From a virus (lineage: Duplodnaviria; Caudoviricetes), in IMG/VR virus record IMGVR_UViG_2974621193_000001, positions 11,688-75,687 of that record: a stretch of DNA of 64,000 nt; one strand, given 5' to 3'. The notes under the pieces are model-generated. The model saw nothing but the letters and a program-made list of their open reading frames with translations. It was not told the DNA's origin and did not search any database. The position numbers and the translations under genes were made by a program. Below, one piece after another: positions 8,384 to 18,300 of this stretch. How positions within the stretch are numbered: position 1 is the stretch's first letter; each line of letters opens with the position of its first letter.

Positions 8384-8977
8384 ATGACACACGCAGGAAT
8401 CCCGACCGCCACGCAGGACACCAGCGACTTCGACAATCGTCCCGAGGTCGAGCGCGCCAACCAGGCGGCTGTCGCCGCCGGGGAGAAGATCGAAGAGAAG
8501 CAGTTCGTCGATTACTTCGCCGCGCCGCTCCCGGTTCGCTGGTACCTGCCCGACGGCGTCCAGTACTTCGAGTACCAGGAACTCCGCGAGGGCGGCAAGT
8601 CGGCTTACGAGAAGCTGACCAACAAGGACATCCGCGTTCAGCGGTCCACCGGCGACGCTCGCCTCTCGGTCGATCCCGCGATCCAGCGCCAGTCGCTGAT
8701 CCGCCTGTCGGTCACCGACGTGCACCTCCTGCAGAAGGACTCGGGCGGCACGCCGCAGCCGATGCCCTTCAACAAGGACCGCCCCGGCAAGTTCTGGGAG
8801 AACCTGTTCACGTTCTTCCCCGCCGCCCTCATCGACAAACTCCACCAGGAGATCGTGAAGGCCAACGCCTGGCTGGCGGCTGACGACGACGTGGAAGCGC
8901 TGAAGGAAGAGCGCGACCGCCTCGACGAGCGGATCGAGCGCGCCGAAGAGGAGCAGGCAAAAAAGCTCTCCTCGTAG
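8384..8977 (+). CDS. tail assembly chaperone (G-like, unshifted product)
   Basis: SD gaaaggg then ATG 8384; lies between tail tube and tape measure; ends just after a slippery site. Confidence 0.8.
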   Translation: MTHAGIPTATQDTSDFDNRPEVERANQAAVAAGEKIEEKQFVDYFAAPLPVRWYLPDGVQYFEYQELREGGKSAYEKLTNKDIRVQRSTGDARLSVDPAIQRQSLIRLSVTDVHLLQKDSGGTPQPMPFNKDRPGKFWENLFTFFPAALIDKLHQEIVKANAWLAADDDVEALKEERDRLDERIERAEEEQAKKLSS

Positions 8978-9252
8978 AGCAGGCCGCCGACTTCGTTAAA
9001 GGGAATCGGATAGCCAACCCTCATCCCGCCCTGCTCATCTACGGCAGGCTCGAGGCGATGAAGTGGTCGATACCCTACACGCCAGGTGGGCTTGAGGATC
9101 AGAGCGTGATGCTGCTGAGATGCTTCGATGTAATCAACCGCGTCAAGGCAGAGCACGAGAGACAAGAACAGAAGAGACGCGAACAGGAATCGAAGTCGAA
9201 ACGGCCCAATCCAAAGGGCGGGTCTCGACCAACGGGCCGTCGCAGAAGGTAA
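8384..9252 (+). CDS. tail assembly chaperone, frameshifted GT-like product
   Basis: -1 frame continues ALLVEQAADFVKG...MKWSIPYTPGGLEDQ...RRR-stop, incorporating track ORF 9058..9252. Confidence 0.8.
8959..8965 (+). other. -1 programmed ribosomal frameshift site A AAA AAG
   Basis: Frame reads GCA AAA AAG CTC; the -1 frame is open from here to the stop at 9252. Confidence 0.85.
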
Positions 9253-9296
9253 CAACGAGGGCGGTGCTTGCGGGCACCGCCCTCGTTGTGTATCAT
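9252..9296 (+). promoter_or_regulatory. 16-bp stem hairpin overlapping a putative promoter upstream of the tape measure gene
   Basis: acaacgagggcggtgc (9252-9267) / gcaccgccctcgttgt (9274-9289); loop TTGCGG fits a -35, then 17 bp, then TATCAT (9291-9296). Confidence 0.55.
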
Positions 9297-9357
9297 GGTC
9301 AGCACTCAACGGGCACACGAGGCCCATTCCAATGGACCTCGAAGTCTGGAGTAAGCG

Positions 9358-12300
9358 TTGAACACGACTGCGGCGAATATCCTCATCACCGCACAGGCCC
9401 GCCAGGCACAGGCCGTGCTGGCTCGCGCGCAGGCTGCGCTCAAGGGTCTGCAGTCGACGGCACAGGGTGCCAACGCTGCCCAGGCTACAGCTGCGAACGC
9501 TGCCGCACGGCAGATCGAAGCAGCAGAGGCACGCAAGGCTTCGGCGGCTGCCAAAGCATCTCTGGCAATTGAGCAGGCGAATCTTCGCCAGATCAAATCT
9601 GAACAAGCGGCGTCTGTAGCCGCGGCCAGATCGGCAGCCGCCACATCTCTCGCTCAAACAAAGGCGTCAACCGCGGCCCAAGTGGCCGCCGCAAAGCAGG
9701 AAGCTTCGGCGGCGAAGATGGCGGCGGCAATGGAACTCTCCGCCATGAAGCAGCAGGCCGCATTGGCTCAGCTGACTCTGGTTCAGATGCGTCAGCTTGC
9801 GCAGGCCGAAGCGGCATCGGCTCGACAGATCATTGCCGACAATCGCGCCACAATGTCGGCAGCGAAGTCCGCAGCACAGCAGGCCGCAGCTCGTGAATCG
9901 CTGACCATCGCAACACTCCGTGCGGTCGCACGCGAGGAAGCTGCATCGGCCCGCAAGATCGCAGCCGACGCACGCGCCGCACTGCAGGCACAGGTTCTCG
10001 CGAACGCCGAGACCGGCAATCAGAACCGTGTGGTCACCGCACGCCTGCGCGCTGCGGCACAAACCGCAGCGGCCAACGCAGCCAAGATCAACTCGGACAA
10101 CGGCGCTGCCATTGCAGCAGAGGTTGCAGCCAACCGTGAGGCGCGGGCTGCTCGCGATGCTGCGCTCGCCGACATGGATCGTGCGATGAAGGCGCAGGCT
10201 GCCAATGCCCGCAAGTCTGCTTCGGACGCTCAAGCTGCGGTGAATGCGCAGGCGAGTGCGATGAAGGAAGCGTCGGCAATGTCGGTCGCTGACGCCGCTC
10301 GCATCCGAAGTGCCTCGGTGGCCGCAGCGGAGAACGCACGCAAGGTAGCATCAGACGCAGCCGTCGCTAACGCGGCGGCTATGGCTGCTGGTCGCGAGTC
10401 GGTAGCCAACGCGGCCGCTGCAGCATCTGCCACCGTGGGCGCACAGGAAAAGGTTGTCGCAGACGCACGGGCTAATGCGTCTCGCCTGCAAGCCTCCAGT
10501 GTTGCGGCAACCGAGTCTGCGAAGATTGCAGCATCCGAGGCGCGTGCCGCCGCCGCCGCCGAGCGCGCCGCTATTCAGATCACCGCCGCGAAGCAGAAAG
10601 AGATCGCGGCCAACAGCGCAGCCACCGGATCGAATGTCGCCTGGTCGGAGAGCATGACCCGGTCCGGTTCTCGTATGCAGTGGATCGGTCGCCAGCTGTC
10701 GCAGAACTTCACTGCCCCGATGCTGCTTGCCGCAGGCTTCGGTGTCAAGTTCGGGTTGGACATGGAGAAGTCCATGACCCGACTCGAGAAGGTTTACGCC
10801 GACCAGGCGCTGATCCGCAAGGCGGAAGCCCAGGGCATCAACCTTGTTGCCAATGAGGTTGAAGCCCTCGAACGTAACTTCGTTGCACTGTCGAACAAGT
10901 ACGGCGTGCAGGCAGCTGAGGTTGCCAACGTCGCTGCCGAGTGGGCAGCGGCTGGTGCATCGGGCCAGGCGCTCGCGCATCAGACCGACCTCACAATGAA
11001 GACGATGGTCCTCGGCGAGATGGATGCCGAGGAGGCCACCAAGTCACTCATCGCGATCCAGTCGCAGTGGAACGCTGTCACCGAGACTTCGCTCGACCGG
11101 GCGGGTAAGCTGTCGCTTGGCACGTCCGGTTTGGCGAACGATCAGCTCAGCCTTACCACCATCCTCCGCCAGCTGAACGCAGTGGAGAACGAGACCGGCA
11201 CCACGATGAACGACCTCGTTGTCGCGTTCTCGCGCGCATCGGGTGTCGCTCGTACTGCAGGTCTGGATACCGCGCACCTCGCTGCAGCTACTGCCGCCCT
11301 CGTGCCTGCAGCTGGTAGTGCGGCTGAAGCCGGTAACGCCCTCAAGACGATCATCAGCCGTACCCTCACGCCTACCCGTGAAGCTGCCCAGATCATGGAG
11401 CTCATGGGGATCAACACCGCGAGCGCCTCTTGGCAGAGTCAGAACGCGGGCGAACGCCTTGAGGAACTTGCCGCTCGATTCGGCACACTGACCGGCGCAC
11501 AGAAGGCTCAGGTCTCGGCGTCGCTCGGTTCGCGGTATCAGGTCAACAAGCTCGAGGTTCTTTTCTCCTCGATAGCTAACACCTCGGGCTACTACCACAA
11601 GGCTTTGGGTAAGCTGGCCAACCAGGCCGACGTTGTGAAGATTGCCGAGGACGAGCTCAATACCGTCCTCGAGTCGCAGCCTCAGATGCTCAAGCAGGCT
11701 GGCGTCATCATTCAGAATAGTCTCATGAAGACTATGGTGCCGCTGATCCCGGTAATCATTCAGCTCACACAGTGGATCGGCAAGGCGTTCGATTCGTTCG
11801 CAAACCTGCCGACAGGTGTTCGCACCACGATCGTTGGACTTGGACTATTCCTCGCCACCGTCGGCCCCATTATCATCTTCCTGGGAATCTTCAAGCTGGC
11901 ACTTGGTCAGCTGACCCCAGTGTTCCTGGCGCTCGGTCGAGCAATTCTGTTCCCGATCACCGGGCTATTCAAGTTCACGGCAGTTCTCCTCAAGCCGATC
12001 GCGAGCCTTGCCAAGCTGCGCGGCGCATTGCTGTTGACCTCGCGGGCGTTCATGCTGATCCCTGCGGTCGCAGTTCTCATACCTCGGATCATCAGCTTCG
12101 CCATGATGGCTACGCAGGCGACGGTCGTCGTCGGCATGGCAGGCGTCATGGCAGCCTGGCGCACCGCCTGGGCGGCGATGATTACCTTCCAGGTTGTCTC
12201 GGGTGTGGCTATGACCACTACCCAGCGACTGACGTTCACCGCAATGCTGGCTGCACAGAACCTGTGGAACGCCGCATCGCTCGCAATGCAGAAGGCCTGG

Positions 12301-15300
12301 ACTGTAGTCTGGATCAGTATGCTGCGCGTTTGGGCAGCAGCTTCCATCATGGCGCAAGCCGCACACGCAGCGGCTTCAAGGCTCATCGTTGGCGTGTACC
12401 TCGCCAGCACACTCGCGATGAAGCGTACCTGGGCTACCGCATGGCTTGTCCTGCAGGCTGCATGGGCATCGGCGTCTGCGGTTATGCAGGCAGCGTGGGC
12501 ACGCGCATCCCTGCTGCTCACCAAGACCTGGGCTGCCGCATCACTGCTACTTACCGCAGCGTTCTGGAAGCGCATGTGGGCGCTGTTCGCCGCTGGCAAC
12601 AAGGGTCTCGTTGCGATCCTCGCATCAGGCGGCAAGGCGCTCCTAGCGATCTTTGCCTCGCCCTGGGCTATCGCCATCGGTGTGGTCGTTGCACTGATCG
12701 TCATGTTCCGCAAGCAGATTGCTCAGGCGTGGAACAACATCGTCAACTACTTCAGGAACCTTCCTGCACAGACGGCGTCGGCTCTGTCGCCGTTGACGAA
12801 CATCTTCGTTCGGGCGCGCAACGCGGTTGTGGGGGCTTTCAATTCCCTGCCCGAGGGTGTCAAGAACGCACTGCTCAAGGTGGTTGCGGTTGTCCGCGCA
12901 GCCGCCATGAAGGTGTACGAACTGTTCAGCTACCTCAACCCGTTCGCGCGTCACTCGCCGTCGCTGGTGGAGAATGTCACGAATGGCATGGCGGTTGTCA
13001 ATGAACAGTTCGCCAACGCTTCGCGCAATGCGCAGACTCACATCGGCAAGCTGCACAAGTCGATCCAGCAGCTGCAGGGATTGAGCGCGCCACTCACCCA
13101 GCAGAACGACAAGGCGAAGGACGACGAGTTCCGAGCCACCGTCACCAAGGCTGGCGCGGCAAGCTCGCTTCCTGCGTACGACGCACTCAACGCTGACGTC
13201 AAGGCCGCCAAGGCCTACATGGATCAGCTGAACAAGTCGATGGAAGCCCAGGAGCAGAAGCTCAAGGGCATCAAGGCTGGCGTCGAGGCGTACGACGCTG
13301 CCATCGAGCAGATGAACTCCTCGCTTGAGGTTACCAAGGCTATCCAGTCGGACGTGTCCGCGGCCCTGGACGGAGCCAAGGCTCGCTTCGATCGCTACGC
13401 TAACGCTCAGATCACCGGTACTCGCGCCGCCGAGGACGCACTGTTTGACAACGAGATGGCGCAGAAGCGACTGCAGCTGCAGATCGCCAAGATGGAAGAA
13501 GAGTCGGGCACTATCGACAGTGTCACCGATTCCTACTCCAAGCTCCAGGGCGAGATCGAATCCCTGACCGCGAAGCAGACGGAGCTTCGTCAGGCTGGTG
13601 CTGGCTCGGACGTGCTGGGCACGTACGACAAGATGATCGCCGATCTGAAGAGCCAGCAGTCCGGGCTCATGTCTGGTGGTGCCGACAGTCCCGCCGGAAA
13701 GATCGCAGCACTCAATACTTCGCTTCAGGCCCTGCAGAAGCAGGCCGAGATCATGGACCTCGAGAAGGCCCTGAAGTTCGATTCACTGAACCGCAAGATT
13801 GAGCAGTTCAGTAGCAACGTTGAAGAGATGCCGTACGGGCAGATCATGTCGGGGATGGATGCTTCCCGGACTTCGATCAACGCACTGCAGTACTCGTACG
13901 ATCAGCTCGACATGGTGATGGCGGGCCAACAGGCTCGCATCGACGCCACCCAGGCCCAGCGCGACGCACTTCAAGCGACCTACGATTCGGAGTCCAAGCG
14001 ACTCGAGACGGTTCGCGAGAAGTACGAGTCGGTCGAGGAAGCTGTTCGTAGCGGCGAGGACGCACTGGAACAGTTCTCCAGTGCGGCCGAAGAGTCGGTG
14101 CGCCGCCAGGAAGAAGCGGCACGCGCAGCCGAGCAGCTGGCGAAGAAGCGGAAGGGCAAGAAGGGCGGCGGCGCTGGCGACAGCGAGGAGCTCACGCCAG
14201 GCGCAATGAACTTCCTCGAAGGCGCAGCGGGCGACTTCGAGACGTTCGGCGGCAATGCCACTGTTGGTCGTGAGGGCGCAGGCCTGGATCAGTCTGCACA
14301 GATTGACGAGTTCACCAACAGCCTGACCGCCGATCTGGAGAAGAGTCTCGGCGGACTCAATCCGTTCAGTGGATTGAAGAACGCATGGAACCGGACCGTC
14401 AACTGGTTCAAGGGATTGGCGCCGGGGTTCGGTGACATCTTCAAGAATATCGGCAGCGGGGTCGGTAGCGCATTCTCGTCCGACAAGAATGAGAATGTCA
14501 AGCGCTTCGGTGACGCCATCTCGAAGGCGGTCGAGTCACTCAAGAATATCTGGGAGTGGATCAAAAAGGGTGGCGAGTTAATCGGGAAGCTCTTCGGTCC
14601 CGATCTTCAGTCGACCCTCCAGGGCATCGGTGACGGCTTCAAGACCGTCATGGATAAGATCAGTGGCCCCCTGTCCGAGTTCGGCAAGACTGTTATGCCG
14701 TTCCTGTCGACTGCGTTCACTCACCTCATGCCGGTGATAGCACTGTTCATTGGTGCACTTGAGGTTGTCTGGGAAGTTATCAACGGAGCTATCGGTCCGG
14801 TATTCAGCTGGCTCGGTGACATCATTGGCGCGGTCATCACCGTAATCACTGGAATAATGAAGGTCTTCATGGGACTCATGAAGGTCATCCAGGGTGTGGT
14901 CATGGTTGTGGTGAACATACTCAAGGGTATATTCACCTTTATTAAGGGACTGTTCTCCCTCAAGTTTGACTTGTCAGGGTTCGGCGGAATTGGTGAAGCT
15001 CTCAAGAAGATCTTCGGCGGGTTCGGAGACATGTTCGGCGGCATCGTCGACATCGTCAAGGGCATCTTCATCGCTATCTGGAGCACGATCAAGAACGCTG
15101 TCAAGCTGATCTGGAACGTGGTCTGGGGTCTCGTTAAGGGCATCATTGACTTCTTCGTGACGCTCTGGGATGTCCTCGTCGGGCACTCGATCGTGCCGGA
15201 TACGATCAACGCGATCATTGACTGGTTCAAGGAACTGCCCGGCAAGTTGCCCGGACTGGTGTGGGGACTCATCACCAAGGTGATCGGGTTCTTCCTGAAG

Positions 15301-18300
15301 CTGCCAATTATGATTGGTCAGGCGCTCATCAAGCTCGGTGGGTTCCTGTTCAACGCTTTCACTGCAGCGATGGGGTGGCTGCTGCCGAAGCTGCCGGGGT
15401 TCATCTGGAACATCGTCAAGTTCTTCGCAACGCTGCCGTTCAAGATCATCAGCGCACTCGTCGGGTTCGGCGCGAAGCTCCTCGGCTGGCTCGGTCAGGC
15501 CATCGCCTGGCTGGTGCCCCAGCTCCCAGGCATCGTCTGGGACATCATCACCTTCTTCGCAACGCTCCCGTTCAAGATCATTGGAGCACTGCTCGGGTTC
15601 GGCGCAAAGCTGCTCGAGTGGGCTAAGAACGCATTCATCTGGCTCGCACAGAACTTGCCTGGTGTGATCGGCAACGTAATCAGCTTCTTCGCTGGCCTGC
15701 CAGGGAAGCTGATCGGAGCACTCCTTGGACTCGGATCGAAGCTGTTCGAGTGGGCGAAGAATGGGTTCATCTGGCTAGCTCAGAACCTGCCGAATGCCAT
15801 CGGCGCAGTGCTTGACTTCGCCAAGGAGTTCCCCGGTCGAGTCATCCGAGGGTTTGGCAAGTGGGGTTCCTTCATCTGGGAGTGGATGAAGAAGGGCTGG
15901 GACTTCCTGGTCAACGAGATGCCAGGTATCGTCGCTGGATTCCTGAAGTGGATCGGCGGCATTCCCGGAATGCTGCTCGGCAAGCTGGGTGACGGCGCCA
16001 AGGTGCTGTACGACTACGGCAAGGACATGATCCAGGGCCTGATGAATGGCACCGCGGGTCTGCTCAAGAAGCTCGGCGACTGGTTCCTCGACAAGATTCC
16101 AGGCTGGATCAAGACGCCGTTCAAGAAGGCGCTCGGCATCGCATCGCCTTCGAAGGTCTTCGCTGGCTACGGCGTGAACATCGGCGAAGGTCTCGTCAAG
16201 GGCATTGGTAGCATGGAGGGCCAGGTCGAGCAAGCCTCGATCGCAATGGCTGCCGCAGCCGACAAGGGCGAAGTCGGAGGCATGGCTATCTCGGCCGTTG
16301 CTGACACTTCATCGGTGGGTGGCTCCGTGTCCGCGTTGGGTGATGCCGTTGCAGCATCCGGCCCGGTGGGGGTCGATACGGCGGCGGAGCCGACCGCCGA
16401 CATCGCGCCGATGCTAGCCGCAGCCGAAGCAGCGTTCGACGCTTTCGATGCATCCATGCAGAAAAAGATGGCAGCCTTCACCGCAGCAGTGACAGTCATG
16501 TTCGCTGCAATGGTGACGGGTGTCTTGTCGTCCCTCGATAAGGTGACGGTCGGAAGCGGTACCTCGTTTGCCGCAATGCAGGCGACTGTTGTCGGCATTG
16601 TCACCGCGATGGTGACTGCGGTTCAGGCTCAGCTCGCCCTGTTGATCAGCTACGTGACACAGTTCGGCCTAGCGTTTACCTCAGCTTGGGCTGAAGCTTG
16701 GAACGCATGGAAGTCCGAGACCAGCCTCGGCGTCGATCACACTCTGTCCGAGTGGGAACGCATGGCGCAGGGTATGCGCGACATCTTCGACGGCGGCATC
16801 GCGCCGATCTTTGAAGACATGGCAAAGATGTACACCACCCTGGAGGGTGCAACTAAGACGACCGTCGATAACGTCGGTACGACTTGGGCTGACATCGAAC
16901 CCAAGACAAAGCGCCCCGCCGGTATCGTCATTAACGAGGTCTACAACAACGGCCTGCGCGGAGCGTGGAACAAGTTCAACAGCTTCCTTGGTGTCGCAGA
17001 ACTCCCGGCGTTCACCGTCGCATACGCAACAGGTGGTCCCGTCCACGGACCCGGCACCGAGACCTCGGACAGCATTTACGCGAAGCTGTCGCGCGGTGAG
17101 CACGTCATTACCGCCGCCGAGGTTCGAGGCGCGGGCGGACACCAGGCCATCATGGCGCAGCGTCAGGTGTGGGCCGGACGTAAGCGGATGCAGGGTGTGG
17201 ATCAAAGTATGCCAGCATTCGCTCGCGGCGGTCCGGTCGACCCGAAGGCTCCGCCGTGGCCCGGTGAGTCGAATCTGAAGCCTGCGGCTATTCTGGCTCG
17301 ACGCAACATCCACAAGTACTGGCCGATGATCGGCGAGATCGGCGGCTACCGCCCGAGTGACCCGTATCCAGACCATCCGTCGGGCCTTGCGCTCGACGTC
17401 ATGGTCGGAGTCGGCAACCCGGTTGGCGACGAGGTCAACGACTGGCTCCACAGGAACATGGTTCCGCTGGCGCTGAACTACACCATCTGGAAGCAGTTTT
17501 ACAAGCCAGCCGGTGGTGGCGGTAACCTCATGGGCGACCGAGGCGACCCGACGCAGAACCACATGGATCACGTGCACGCCTTGTTCAACAACAACGGCGT
17601 TCCCGGTATCACGACTGGTGGTATCGGTGGTTCGAGTGGTGGCGCTCCTATCGACTACAAGAAGATAGTCCAGGAGTCCTTTAAGGCGGACATGGACGAG
17701 GTTCGCAAGAACCTCCCGGCTATCCCCGGCGGCATCGGCCAGTGGCCGAAGATCAGCGCCGATGTAGCCGAGAAGATGGCGCTGAAGAAGCTCCTCCCGC
17801 TCGCGGAGAAGATGAGCATCTCCAGCGGGTCGGCTGCGTCCGCCTGGGCGGGAGCGCCTGACGCCTCCGTTGTGACTAAGGTCAAGGAGGCGATGAAGAC
17901 TTATGGCTGGGACCAGGGCGCTGAATGGGAAGCACTCAACCAGCTGATCGGCCACGAGTCTTCGTGGAACCCGAACGCGCAGAACCCGAGTTCTACCGCG
18001 TACGGTCTGTTCCAGTTCCTCGATTCTACCTGGGCAAGCGTCGGCGGTTCCAAGACCAGCGACCCCTACCAGCAGGCAATCTACGGCGGACGCTACATTA
18101 AGAACCGCTACGGCTCGCCGTCTGCAGCGTGGGCATTCTGGCAGAACCCGCAGCCGAATCCTTATGGTGGCAACTGGTACGACAATGGTGGAGTTCTTCC
18201 GCCCGGGCTCACGCTGGCCAACAACCAGACTGGCGGACCTGAGGCTATCCTCACGGCGGCTCAGTGGAGCGCGATGTTCGACATCGCCTCGAAGCCGCCG

